Below the pieces are notes generated by a model, which was not told the DNA's origin, searched no databases, and saw nothing but the letters and a program-made list of their open reading frames with translations. DNA of 23,898 bases, taken from contig CAVQGX010000063.1 of NCBI GenBank assembly GCA_963712115.1, positions 1-23,898 of the forward strand. The letters are read 5' to 3'. The DNA comes from an uncultured delta proteobacterium. GTDB taxonomy: Bacteria > Desulfobacterota > Syntrophobacteria > BM002. This document shows positions 8,712 to 18,359 of the stretch, piece by piece. The position numbers and the translations under genes are program-made. How positions within the stretch are numbered: the first letter of the stretch is position 1; each line of letters opens with the position of its first letter.

Positions 8712-9725
8712 TCACGAAGTCTTCCCCGGTGTTTCGCCTTTCTTTTTTAGCCGGTTTTTCATTCTTCTCATCCAGGGTTTCTTCCTTTTACGCCACTCAC
8801 GAATAGAACCGAGCCAGCTGCCCTCGCCCCATCTGTCCAGCGACCACACCAAGTACACAATCGATTGTCTCAAGGCAAGCAAGCGGAGCTTGAGGTCTCT
8901 ATCGTTCGGGCGAATGGCCGTATTCCAGGCCAGCGCAACTGAGTTCACAAGTGGCCAAGGAGTATAAAGGTACCAGGGTCTTCGTACGAAAAGAGATCTC
9001 TTTTGCCGGGAGATGCTGAAAGAAGCAAGATGCCTGCGGAACCACAATTCCGCGTCCACCTGATGGAAATCGCCGTGGAAGCAGAGCTCGAGGAGCAAGA
9101 TCGCGTCTGGGAACAAAACCCGACGAAAAGCGTTACACTGACGAAGGGCTTCTGCACGGAAGAGCCCGTACACCATCTCACCAAACAAACCGGGGCCATC
9201 ACGATATACGGTTCTAATCCTTTCAACCTCACTCATGCCATCGGTGGAAAGATAATCAAGGCCTCTCTTAATAAGTCTTTCACCTTCGGACGAGATGTGT
9301 ACGGTGCGCGGATAGACGAGTACCACATCTTGCTTGGCGTTTATTACCTCTACCATCGCTGCCAGCCAGGCATGGTCCCACACATCGTGGTCACTGACCC
9401 AGGCAAAGTAGTCGACGTCCCCGGCATGCTGGAAGCAGGCTCGCCAGTTACCCACCAAGCCTTTCCGTGACTCATTCTTGATATAGCATAGTCGACTGTC
9501 CTTGGCTGCAAACTGTTTAGCGATTTCACCTGGACCGGACTCAGTTGAGTCATCGACCATGATAAGTTGAAAATTTCTATAAGTCTGGGCTAGCAATGAG
9601 TTTAATGCTTCAGGCAGAAATTTGACCTGGTTATACAACGGCATTCCAAGAGAGATCTTCGGTCGCCCCTTTGCAGGGGTACAGTCGTCCATGACGCCAA
9701 ATCCTTTAGTGTCATTTATTTTCAA
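8712..9725 (-). CDS. Glycosyltransferase family 2 (start may be ATG at 9692)
   Basis: ISLGMPLYN, SLLAQTY, MVDDS, GLVGNW, YFAWVSDHD (DxD-like). Confidence 0.9.
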   Translation of the reverse strand: MKINDTKGFGVMDDCTPAKGRPKISLGMPLYNQVKFLPEALNSLLAQTYRNFQLIMVDDSTESGPGEIAKQFAAKDSRLCYIKNESRKGLVGNWRACFQHAGDVDYFAWVSDHDVWDHAWLAAMVEVINAKQDVVLVYPRTVHISSEGERLIKRGLDYLSTDGMSEVERIRTVYRDGPGLFGEMVYGLFRAEALRQCNAFRRVLFPDAILLLELCFHGDFHQVDAELWFRRHLASFSISRQKRSLFVRRPWYLYTPWPLVNSVALAWNTAIRPNDRDLKLRLLALRQSIVYLVWSLDRWGEGSWLGSIREWRKRKKPWMRRMKNRLKKKGETPGKTS

Positions 9726-10355
9726 TTAGTGAGAACCGGACAGCAGTGATTGGTATCCGGAGCAAACTCGCCACCCTAGAACACGATACTCATGTCTAAT
9801 TGAATTCCCGCGCTTCGAGAAATGGTGGATTTTGACCGCGGCAATAGGGCTTCATTAAGCCTTAATATCTATCACCGCATGGGATTATAAGTGGTTCCTG
9901 CTTTGCGTTCAAGAAAGAACTTCAAGTGATTTAGAGAGATTGCCAACAGATTTGGTAAAAAATATCCATTGGCGTCATTGCACCTTGACAGGTCGACTAG
10001 AGAGGGGGCGTGCGCCGTAACTGGACCAAGGAAGAATTTTGAGACTTTCCACCTCAGAATGTATTCCCCACTCATAGCAAATAGTGGCGGGAGTGAAAAG
10101 TTCCTGAGATTACGTCGACTTTGCTATTGAACCTGTTCCTCTAACTCTATGAGCTTAGTGGGCTCAGACAGAATCCTAAGAACAATGATCGAGAAAGAGA
10201 AGTAGCTATATCTTATATGCGATCTTTCTTCCTGTATTTGAGATCGTAAAACACTTCTCTCGCGTATTATATGCTCCTGAGGCTCAAACTACATGGCCAT
10301 GTTGCCAGCGATCTATGCTGTGATTGAAAAATTTCGAAGTGCTTTCTGATCGAAA

Positions 10356-11057
10356 CTATCTACTAATGAAAAATTGTTTAAAAAAATCTGTGTTCTTTAA
10401 ATTTAAAATCTTTCTTCTGTCTTCTTCTAAATGTTTGTAGGAAAGACTATCAATTATTTCTTCAGAGTAATTTAACATATCTTCTGGTTTCCCCCTGACA
10501 ATGATACCAACTCCGTGGTCACAATCTAATACAAAGATATTCAGATCTGTTCGGGTCGATCTGAGAAGAGCAATTGTTTTCCATACATCACCAGACCAAC
10601 TACCACTCCATCCTGGTAAGTTTAACTTTGCAGCATCATCTTGAGAGTCCGCAGGTTGTGCCTCTACCTCAGATAAGGGATTACAATCATGCATAACAAT
10701 GACGCCATCTTTGTTCAAGAAATCTAAACAATTTTGGACGTCCCTCAACGACTGTTTATATGTATGAAGACCGTCTATGAAAGCAACATCCAGACCGTTT
10801 AATCTAGCAAAGAGATCTGGATGTTTCTCAAAAAAATCGTCACTTGTCATTTCATAATATTCATTGAATATGTTTGTTATATTTTTAAAATAAGATTTAA
10901 TCTTTTGTTTCATATCAATTTTAAAATGAGTGTCGACCGCAATTTTTTTCCTCGCTTTAATTTTGAAAAACACTTTTCCCTTTTTGACACCTATTTCTAA
11001 ATAGGTTCTTGCTTTTTGGCGATTTACAATCTCTTGTAATATATCCAGTCTATCCAT
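10356..11057 (-). CDS. Class I SAM-dependent methyltransferase (Methyltransf_24-like)
   Basis: YLEIGV, MTSDDFF, FIDGLHTY, IVMHDCNP, WSGDVWK. Noticeably AT-rich. Confidence 0.85.
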   Translation of the reverse strand: MDRLDILQEIVNRQKARTYLEIGVKKGKVFFKIKARKKIAVDTHFKIDMKQKIKSYFKNITNIFNEYYEMTSDDFFEKHPDLFARLNGLDVAFIDGLHTYKQSLRDVQNCLDFLNKDGVIVMHDCNPLSEVEAQPADSQDDAAKLNLPGWSGSWSGDVWKTIALLRSTRTDLNIFVLDCDHGVGIIVRGKPEDMLNYSEEIIDSLSYKHLEEDRRKILNLKNTDFFKQFFISR

Positions 11058-11139
11058 ACTCTATAAGTTGGCACGTAATGGTTCGTTTCTCTACCTATTT
11101 AAATTATTTCGTTCTTTAAGATTCTCCTTTAGATATAAG

Positions 11140-11169
11140 ATAATATAAGCCGGAGTCTTTGTGTGTCAA
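11140..11169 (-). promoter_or_regulatory. sigma70-type promoter of the 10356..11057 methyltransferase
   Basis: On the minus strand: TTGACA (11169-11164), 18 bp, TATTAT (11145-11140). Confidence 0.65.
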
Positions 11170-11201
11170 GCGTCAATGTTCCTCTGTTCTTACAGCATGA
11201 T

Positions 11202-11760
11202 CTAATCGAGGCTTTCTCGGTCTCGTCCAGCATTTTGTTTTAACTCTTTAACCCGCTTCTTTAGCTTCTTCATCCATGGTTTTTTCCCCTGCGCCATTCT
11301 TGTGGTATGCCCCCAACCGACTTCCATCTCCACACGTGTCTACCCACCATCGGAAATACATTAAGGCTAACTTGAGTCCGAGGTAACGGTGCCTAAAATC
11401 CCCAACGCCAAGGCGAATCTCAGTGTTCCACGCTGGTACAAGGCTATTCATAAGTGGCCATGGCAAATAAATATACCAGGGCTTTCTCACAAGAAGCGAT
11501 TTCTTTTCCCGGTCAATATTGAAGCGGCAACACGTCTCAGATACCATAACTCATCATCTACTTGTTTGAAATCACCATGTAAGTAAAGCTCCACAAGGAG
11601 GACCACATCGGGGAACAATACTCGACGAAAAACCCCAGCCTGACGAAAAGCACTTGCTCGAAACAGCCCGTACACCATTTTGCCAAAATAACGAACCTCT
11701 CTACAAACGGCCGTGATCCTCAAATCTTCAGTCAGACGATTAGTGCCAAAAGAACTTTAA
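11202..11760 (-). pseudogene. 5'-truncated, frameshifted copy of the GT2 at 8712..9725
   Basis: Fragments FGKMVYGLFRA...FRRVLFPD...HGDFKQVDDELW, KKSLLVRKPWYIYLPWPLMNS and KPWMKKLKKRVK match the C-terminal half of the GT2 in different frames. The catalytic N-terminus is absent. Upstream boundary is approximate. Confidence 0.88.
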
Positions 11761-11879
11761 TGGCAAATCGTCATTTATTCCCACCTTCAGCATTCAGAGC
11801 TCTTCACAGCTCTGAACACCTCCAAAGCTCTACTGAACCACCAAGAAAACTGAGGCTAATCGGCCGGCGCTCGCCGCCC

Positions 11880-11909
11880 TTGACTCAAGCTGATCAGTCG
11901 GGCTAATAT
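11880..11909 (+). promoter_or_regulatory. sigma70-type promoter of paralog 2
   Basis: TTGACT (11880-11885), 18 bp ending GGC, TAATAT (11904-11909). Same geometry as paralogs 1 and 3. Confidence 0.65.
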
Positions 11910-12040
11910 CCATCTTTGCTTAAAAGATGTTTTTATCGGTTTCGCAGGCCGGCGACTGCCACGACGATATGACGGCTTTGCAGAGTCCGAGCGAACTGAT
12001 AAGTGTGGATTGAGGAACTGTCGCGGCGATAATCAATAGG

Positions 12041-13444
12041 ATGAAAACCACTAAGGCAACATTGCTCATGCCAGTTGAGAATCAGGTACGCGAACTTGAT
12101 TCCAAAGTCCTGCTCGCCTGTGTTGCCGCCAGACATGGTTTCTCCTCGGTGATCGGTTTTCGCCGGGAGATACACTTTCACATTTCTTCTTTTCCCCCGA
12201 GCATCTACCTCTCCAAGAGCATGACGGCGGCCAGTGACCTTGTGTTCCGAATTATGCGAAATCTGGGTCATGAAATTGTAGCCTGGGATGAAGAAGCGCT
12301 GGTGCACCTGCCGCCCGAGATCTATTACTCTCGCCGCTTATCCCCCGTGGCTATGGCCTTGGTATCCCACATGTTCGCCTGGGGGCTAGACAACGCTGAG
12401 CTCTGGCGCCGATATTCCCAATTGCCCAATGGGGCCGAAATCGATATTACCGGAAACCCTCGCAACGATCTACTAAGGCCCGAAATCCGTCCTTATTACG
12501 GCAAAACGGTGGAAGGGCTACGAAAGAAATACGGAGATTTCATTCTCATCAACACCAATTTCAATCACGTAAATGCCTTTTATCCGGGGCTAAATCTGAT
12601 CGTGTCCTCGAACAAACCGGGGGAACAACCCACGTATGGAAGGGCAGCAAGGGGCATGAGCCAGGAGTATGCAGAGGGACTGCGAGACCATAAACAGACC
12701 ATCTTTGAGAAATTCCAAGAACTTATCCCTGCTTTAGAGAAAGAGTTCCCAGAATGCACCATTGTTGTTCGCCCTCACCCCACAGAAAATCAAGAAGTGT
12801 ATCGCAACATCGCTGCACGCTGCAGTCGGGTGCGGGTAACCAATGAGGGCAATGTGGTTCCCTGGCTCATGGCCACACAGACGGTTATCCATAACGGCTG
12901 TACCACCGGTGTCGAAGCATACGCAATGGGCGTGCCGGCTATTTCATACAGGGCCGTGGTTAATGAGTATTACGACTACGGTTTCTATCGCTTACCCAAC
13001 CTGCTCAGTCACCAGTGCTTTGACTTCGAGGAGTTGCGGCTCACCTTGGGGGAAATTCTTGCCGGCAAGCTGGGGCCGGCTGCTGGAGAGGAGCGCAAGA
13101 TGCTAGCCGATGAGTATTTGGCGGCCCTAGATGGGCCACTGGCCTGTGAGCGCATAGTGGACATTTGTAATAAAATGTTAGATGGGTCGTCCGAAATCTC
13201 TAGACCACAATTACACCGTTGGCTGAAGGGATATTGCACGGCAAAGATCCGCACACTGAAAAGAAAATTCAAGGCGCGCCTTCCGAGGGCCCGCAATAAA
13301 CCGGAGTTTCACCGCCATCGCTATCCTGAAATTGCCCTCGAGGAGATGGGTGAACGAATATCAAGGTTTCAGCAAGTGCTGGGCGACACTGGGAAACTGC
13401 AGGTGGAAAAGATGATTGGTCAGTTTTTTCTGATCAGCCCCTGA
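12041..13444 (+). CDS. Surface carbohydrate biosynthesis protein (TIGR04396-like), paralog 2, 467 aa
   Basis: Colinear with 6287..7690, with the same motifs and length. Confidence 0.85.
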   Translation: MKTTKATLLMPVENQVRELDSKVLLACVAARHGFSSVIGFRREIHFHISSFPPSIYLSKSMTAASDLVFRIMRNLGHEIVAWDEEALVHLPPEIYYSRRLSPVAMALVSHMFAWGLDNAELWRRYSQLPNGAEIDITGNPRNDLLRPEIRPYYGKTVEGLRKKYGDFILINTNFNHVNAFYPGLNLIVSSNKPGEQPTYGRAARGMSQEYAEGLRDHKQTIFEKFQELIPALEKEFPECTIVVRPHPTENQEVYRNIAARCSRVRVTNEGNVVPWLMATQTVIHNGCTTGVEAYAMGVPAISYRAVVNEYYDYGFYRLPNLLSHQCFDFEELRLTLGEILAGKLGPAAGEERKMLADEYLAALDGPLACERIVDICNKMLDGSSEISRPQLHRWLKGYCTAKIRTLKRKFKARLPRARNKPEFHRHRYPEIALEEMGERISRFQQVLGDTGKLQVEKMIGQFFLISP

Positions 13445-13449
13445 AGTGA

Positions 13450-13466
13450 CCGGGGGGGATTGACCC
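13450..13466 (+). repeat. Left 17-bp target-site duplication of IS copy 1
   Basis: CCGGGGGGGATTGACCC, repeated exactly at 14873-14889. Confidence 0.95.
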
Positions 13467-14872
13467 TGTTATTGACAAGTGATTTGTCCGGTTCATTTTG
13501 ACAAATGAAATGTCCGCTCCATAGTTTTCAGTCCTCCCCCTGTTACCATGACGAGGCTTTAGCAACGGGGATACGGTTGGATGCCTGGAGTTCAGTGCTG
13601 TGAGTTACTTGTTTTGGTACCGGCTTTCCTTTGGCATTGTAGCGACCCAGCAATCTAGTACCCCACCAGACAGTGTGTGTATTATCGAGGTGTTTTCGCA
13701 CAATAACACGTAAGCCTGCACAGGAGGCTCTTCCTGGCTGTTTGTCTATTTGGAGTCGCACCTTGTTCATGACCACAGTATTGTCTTTAGCGACAGTGCG
13801 ACCTTCTTCGAGACAGAGAATTTGGTTGAGGTTAGCGTTGCCAGCAGTGACAAAAGCACTTTGTGGGAGAGCTGGCTCTCTTTTGAATTCTTGATTGTAC
13901 TGAGGCAAAAAGCGCTGACGCAGATACCGATTTGCCCCTTTGATGGTGGAGATTCTAGCGATTCGCAACTCATTAACCAACCGATCCTGTAGGGTGCGAT
14001 TGATGCGCTCACTTCGTCCTCGTGCTTGCGGCGAGTAGGAGGGAATATGCTCTACGCCGAGACGAGCCAAACAGCGTCCAACTTGGGTGAGGTTTTCCTT
14101 GTCCACCCGACCTCCTGCCTTGGGAGTATGGAAGGCCCAGCTGGCCCGATCGGTATACAGTGCCATGGGGATCCCGTAGGTTTCTGTGACCTCGCCCAGG
14201 GCTGTCATCACCGCCCAGGTGGACTCTTTTTTCCACAGCTGGGCATACAGAAGACCGTTGGTGGCGTCATCGACTACGGTAATCATCGTTTGGTATTGCT
14301 CTGCGTTTCGGGCCAACCACCTATGACGGCTGCCATCCAGATGGAGCATTTCTCCAAACAGGGCCCGGCGCTCTCGTCTTTTGCGGTGTCTGTCGCGTTT
14401 ACGTCTTTTTTTGACTAGGCCTGCTTCCTGGAGTGCTTTTTTGACAAAGCTGTATGAAAGGCTTACTTCATGTTCTCTGCGTGCAATCCCATGGAAATGG
14501 CGGACATTAAAGCCCTGATATCGCTCGCGGTAGAGGCGAAGTACCTTCTCAACCTCCGCCACCGGTGCCCGACGGGGCGAGGGTTTTCCTGTACGACGGT
14601 CCAAAAGACCGTCATAGCCATAGAGCTCGTAGCGCCCTCTCCAACGCCTCAAACTACGTGGGCTTATCGCCAAAATGTCAGCTGCTTGTGTCCACTTCAA
14701 CTGTCCGCTCATCGCTCTAAGGATCACTTCTTGAATCTTCATTGCCCGCTCCAGCGCGGATGGCCCGTACAGTTTCATAGGCAACCCTCCTCGGTTACCT
14801 TTGTACAGCCTTCCGCCGAAAAGCGGACATTTCATTTGTTAAAATATGCGGTCACATTATGTACCAACTACA
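13467..14872 (-). mobile_element. 1406-bp insertion sequence, IS1202-family/ISNCY (IS481-related), copy 1
   Basis: TGT...ACA ends. About 50-bp imperfect IRs share ACAAATGAAATGTCCGCT and carry an internally repeated TGTCCG-like motif. 17-bp direct repeats. Near-identical to 20775..22180. Confidence 0.93.
13543..14778 (-). CDS. DDE transposase (HTH + integrase core), ISNCY/IS1202-like
   Basis: LHLDGSRHRW, YTDRAS, SPQARGRSERINRTLQDRL. GAGGAGG RBS favours ATG 14778. Confidence 0.92.
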   Translation of the reverse strand: MKLYGPSALERAMKIQEVILRAMSGQLKWTQAADILAISPRSLRRWRGRYELYGYDGLLDRRTGKPSPRRAPVAEVEKVLRLYRERYQGFNVRHFHGIARREHEVSLSYSFVKKALQEAGLVKKRRKRDRHRKRRERRALFGEMLHLDGSRHRWLARNAEQYQTMITVVDDATNGLLYAQLWKKESTWAVMTALGEVTETYGIPMALYTDRASWAFHTPKAGGRVDKENLTQVGRCLARLGVEHIPSYSPQARGRSERINRTLQDRLVNELRIARISTIKGANRYLRQRFLPQYNQEFKREPALPQSAFVTAGNANLNQILCLEEGRTVAKDNTVVMNKVRLQIDKQPGRASCAGLRVIVRKHLDNTHTVWWGTRLLGRYNAKGKPVPKQVTHSTELQASNRIPVAKASSW

Positions 14873-14889
14873 CCGGGGGGGATTGACCC
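14873..14889 (+). repeat. Right 17-bp target-site duplication of IS copy 1
   Basis: Identical to 13450-13466 and directly followed by TTGACA. Confidence 0.95.
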
Positions 14890-14919
14890 TTGACACAGGT
14901 GGTTACTTTATCCTATAGT
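14890..14919 (+). promoter_or_regulatory. sigma70-type promoter of sulfotransferase paralog A2
   Basis: TTGACA (14890-14895), 18 bp, TATAGT (14914-14919). Confidence 0.75.
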
Positions 14920-15037
14920 CCGCGATTCTAGCAGAAAATAACCATCATTTCTGCTTGTCGGCTGATAGATTTCGCCCTTTTTGCAGATCGGATCGAGCCG
15001 TTAAGATTTAGCCTTTATCTTGTTTTGGAGAATCAGC

Positions 15038-15910
15038 ATGAAAATCTTAATATTAGGACGCGGAAAGACAGGAACTACGGCGATCTTGTTCAAAATAGCG
15101 GGAGGGTTACCAAATTGCCAAGCTTTTTCCGGGGGAGATGTGGGCAAACATTTGGCTAAAGATCTGGGTGACTATGAGAATGCTGTTTACAAGCAGACTT
15201 ACAGTGAGCGAAAAGGCAGAACTTTGGACGCCTACAGGGATCATGCTGCTAAAACAAATTACGATCGCAAGATCTGGATGGCCCGAGATCCCCGAGATGC
15301 AGCAGTGAGTCGAATGCTCTACAGATGGCACAAAGGTAACTGGGGGCAATGGAAGCTTTACGGAAAACATCTAGAGCTGGTCCAGAAAAAAGAACAGGAT
15401 CCCAGATCCATCCCCTTCCACGTGCTCTTCAGTTATATCGGGGAGGATGGCCGGCCCTTGACTACAGATGAATTGGTAGAAATGGAAAGGGTACGTTACC
15501 AGCAAATGAGCGATTTTGCCGAATCCCTGGGAAGCGATTGGTTCATTTTTAAGTATGAAGACATGATCGAGAAAAACTACGACGGGTTGAATGAATATCT
15601 CGGATTCGAAATAGTAGATGAGGCTGAAATTCCGACGACAACCAAGAAATCCAAAGTGGTTAGGAAAAAAGCGTACGGTGATTGGCGTCACTGGTATACT
15701 GAGGAGGACGTAGATCTTTTCAGGCCTGCTTACTTGCCTTACATGAAGACCATGGGCTACGACTGCAACGACTGGAGCCTTAGTGCAAACCCGGTAATCG
15801 AGCCCGAGTACTCATCCATGTACATGAAGGGCCTAATCCGCAAGCACACTCAATATATTATCCGTTCTATCAAAGACTTTGTCTTAAGGCCTTTTGTAAA
15901 ATCTCGTTAG
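15038..15910 (+). CDS. Sulfotransferase-domain protein, paralog A2
   Basis: GRGKTGTT, RDPRDAAVS, RKKAYGDWRHWY. Colinear with 7710..8579. GGAG RBS favours ATG 15038. Confidence 0.8.
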   Translation: MKILILGRGKTGTTAILFKIAGGLPNCQAFSGGDVGKHLAKDLGDYENAVYKQTYSERKGRTLDAYRDHAAKTNYDRKIWMARDPRDAAVSRMLYRWHKGNWGQWKLYGKHLELVQKKEQDPRSIPFHVLFSYIGEDGRPLTTDELVEMERVRYQQMSDFAESLGSDWFIFKYEDMIEKNYDGLNEYLGFEIVDEAEIPTTTKKSKVVRKKAYGDWRHWYTEEDVDLFRPAYLPYMKTMGYDCNDWSLSANPVIEPEYSSMYMKGLIRKHTQYIIRSIKDFVLRPFVKSR

Positions 15911-15943
15911 TGTCCATCCGGAAACCTAGTTTTCGGATGGACA
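15911..15943. terminator. Hairpin between convergent genes (bidirectional terminator or REP/MITE remnant)
   Basis: TGTCCATCCGGAAA-CCTAG-TTTTCGGATGGACA: 14-bp stem with one G-T pair and no clear U-tract. Confidence 0.55.
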
Positions 15944-15954
15944 ATGATTAACTT

Positions 15955-17061
15955 TCATTCAAACCTGACCACTTCCTTTAGTACCTGTGAATATTTTTCA
16001 CTGGTCATCTCCTCAATGGCCCCTAATTCCTGCCCGGTTGATGTTCTCTTGGTAGAGAGACGACCATCCGCAATACTATAATCTTCTGCATTGAAGCTCG
16101 TGTCTAGCTTAATCGAAAATTTATTGAAGGTCGGTCTTAATAGAATATCATCAAACTCAATACCCAGAAAATCTGCCAGATAGCGCATAACTGCTTCAGT
16201 CTTGCTTGGCAAGTCTTCGAACTTGATAAGACAAACCCTATCTCCGTATTTCTCTTTATTCCAAAGCATGGCTTGGGCGCACTCATTCCACTGGTGTAGT
16301 GCCAGGCTGACATCTTCATACCTCTCGGGCCAGTGAATCCTAGCAAGTGGAAGCCAATTTTTGGGGTCCCTGATTAGTGAAATCAAGCGTCCGTCTGGAT
16401 AAGTCTCAAAAAATAACTCCATATTCTCTTTAACTATTGCCAGCCTCGGGCTGAAAGCTGTAATGAACTTCTTTTGTCCGTTGTAGTTCTGATTGTTAAG
16501 CCAGGCGCCGAAGTAAGAAGTCAGGTAACCATTAAATATATCGCGTGCTGTTATCGGTTGAACTAAATCCACATATTCTAAAAAAATCTTTCTTTGCAAA
16601 GCAGCAATAAAGACAAAGGGGAAAGTTTCTTTGTCTTCTTTCCCCTTCACATAGCCTTCTTGGTTGTATTTGCTGACTATATCTTCAAAAAGAATTCCGA
16701 ACCAGCTCTCCGGACGGTCATTGAGATCTATTCTAGGCCAATGGTGTTTTTCCGGGTAGCCAATCATCAACTCGTGAGGATGATTATGTAGCTCTGGATG
16801 CCCATCAAAAAGCTGGTTTAGAAAAGATCCGCCCGAACCTTGAATCTGAGAAATCAGTGCAAGTGGCGAAGTCACAGGAAAAACATGTTCTAAACATATG
16901 CGACTTAGGTCCTCTGGATGCAACAGGCTTTCATTTGATTCCTTTCTGAGCATCCATATTCTGTATCTTATCTTGACGTATTTACCTATAAAATAGCTTA
17001 TGACTCTCTCACTAAGCCTTTGCTTTATATCTTTTTCTCTCTCCCAGTTTTGAGAATTCAC
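15955..17061 (-). CDS. Sulfotransferase-family protein, paralog B2 (PAPS motifs degenerate)
   Basis: Colinear with 18360..19409, but has QGSGGS and RDPKNWLPL in place of QRSGGT and RDPKNWYPS. Confidence 0.78.
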   Translation of the reverse strand: MNSQNWEREKDIKQRLSERVISYFIGKYVKIRYRIWMLRKESNESLLHPEDLSRICLEHVFPVTSPLALISQIQGSGGSFLNQLFDGHPELHNHPHELMIGYPEKHHWPRIDLNDRPESWFGILFEDIVSKYNQEGYVKGKEDKETFPFVFIAALQRKIFLEYVDLVQPITARDIFNGYLTSYFGAWLNNQNYNGQKKFITAFSPRLAIVKENMELFFETYPDGRLISLIRDPKNWLPLARIHWPERYEDVSLALHQWNECAQAMLWNKEKYGDRVCLIKFEDLPSKTEAVMRYLADFLGIEFDDILLRPTFNKFSIKLDTSFNAEDYSIADGRLSTKRTSTGQELGAIEEMTSEKYSQVLKEVVRFE

Positions 17062-17073
17062 CCAACAGTCCTT

Positions 17074-18351
17074 CTAATTCACTCTGCAATTTACAATGAA
17101 CTCCACATACTCTGCCAGTACGTCCCTATTGTTTTGACCACCGTAAACAACTTCCAATAGAAAGCTGTTCACATTCCCATCCCCATAGGGCACGCTCATA
17201 CTCTTTTTTCGTAATGACTCTAATGCCCGCTCTAGCTCAGCTTCGTTATGTATTGTCCAACACGCCCCACACTCTTCGAATAACATTGTATTTGCATGGA
17301 GATATTTCAGGTAAAGAACAGGTTTACCTTGCATGAGCGCCTCTGTGATGACGCTGGAACCGATAATAAGTACTACGTCCGCCCACTCACATAATTCTGG
17401 AGTAAGTACATGGGAAACATTGGGTAGCTGCATGTTATCAAAAAGGTAGGCCTCCCTACCAATACGCGTATGAGGCTTAACCACTGCTTCAATTTCTCTG
17501 AGACTTGCCAACAGGTCAATTGTATTATGCATCCTCTCTACATCAATCTTGCACCGCGGTTTCGATGGCATGAAGACTACTCTTAATCTTTCTGGATCCC
17601 TGCCAGTTGATTCAATTATTCTAGGCAATATTTTCTTGTTCTGAGCTATCCACTCACCACAAAATCTAGCACTTCCCAAGACAACTATTTTTTCTCTGGC
17701 AATGCCGGAACTTACCAGAACATCCTTGCGTAAATGGTTTTGAACAATCACATAGTCAAATCGATTAAACTTATAAAATCTTTGTCTTGACGAGGAACCG
17801 ACTTTGTTGAATTTATTGGTATACAAGTATACTCCATGAGGGAGGGCTAGAGTCGGTATAGATTTCTCTTTAGCTGCCGTCAGAAGCACGTTTACAACAT
17901 ATCGGTTTGGTATTATATGGTCAAAACACAAAGCTTGTGCTTTACTCTGTTCAAGTAGATAATGGGCCCAATTTGTTTGGTAAAATCCCATCCTCGTTAT
18001 CTCATATAATATGCGGCCTATTATCTTGGCTGTTATTTGACTCAGACTTACAAAAAGCGACTTTTTTTCTTGACCATGAGAATTAGATTTCTTGCGGTCG
18101 GTGGAAAACCACTGAAAAAGACAACGCATGGTATGATGCAAGGCATTCATTTTCTGGTCAAAAGCATCATAAATTGATGCTACTGTAACCCCCTGTTCTT
18201 TCAAAAAGTTGAGACGATAATCATTCTCAATATCGTATCGTGGATTTATGCAATAAACGGCAACTGCATAATTGTCTTGCTTCATCTTCCACACTATGGG
18301 CGTAATATGATCTACATCATTGAAATGTCTAACGCAAAACAAGTACATCAC
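17074..18351 (-). CDS. Putative GT-B-fold transferase (CDP-glycerol glycerophosphotransferase / nonulosonate-transferase-like)
   Basis: LPHG, VLGSARF, VVKPHTR, ADVVLIIGSSVITEALMQGKPV. Tightly linked between the two B sulfotransferases. Confidence 0.55.
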   Translation of the reverse strand: MMYLFCVRHFNDVDHITPIVWKMKQDNYAVAVYCINPRYDIENDYRLNFLKEQGVTVASIYDAFDQKMNALHHTMRCLFQWFSTDRKKSNSHGQEKKSLFVSLSQITAKIIGRILYEITRMGFYQTNWAHYLLEQSKAQALCFDHIIPNRYVVNVLLTAAKEKSIPTLALPHGVYLYTNKFNKVGSSSRQRFYKFNRFDYVIVQNHLRKDVLVSSGIAREKIVVLGSARFCGEWIAQNKKILPRIIESTGRDPERLRVVFMPSKPRCKIDVERMHNTIDLLASLREIEAVVKPHTRIGREAYLFDNMQLPNVSHVLTPELCEWADVVLIIGSSVITEALMQGKPVLYLKYLHANTMLFEECGACWTIHNEAELERALESLRKKSMSVPYGDGNVNSFLLEVVYGGQNNRDVLAEYVEFIVNCRVN

Positions 18352-18359
18352 CCGTGTCC

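Noticed and set aside
9726-10355. 67-aa ORF 9872..10075 or a structured RNA in the 630-bp gap
   Set aside because: No motif, no convincing RBS and only weak hairpins. Left unexplained.
14875-14881. G7 tract as a phase-variation switch
   Set aside because: It is short, lies upstream of the -35 rather than in the spacer or a CDS, and has equal length in both DR copies.
13673-14886. Alternative-frame ORFs repeated in both IS copies, and other short overlapping ORFs in the track
   Set aside because: They are shadows of real genes and repeat only because the DNA is duplicated.
13440-14930. XerCD dif-like site beside the IS1202-like element
   Set aside because: No 11-6-11 site or TTATGTTAAAT-like XerD arm is visible at either insertion.
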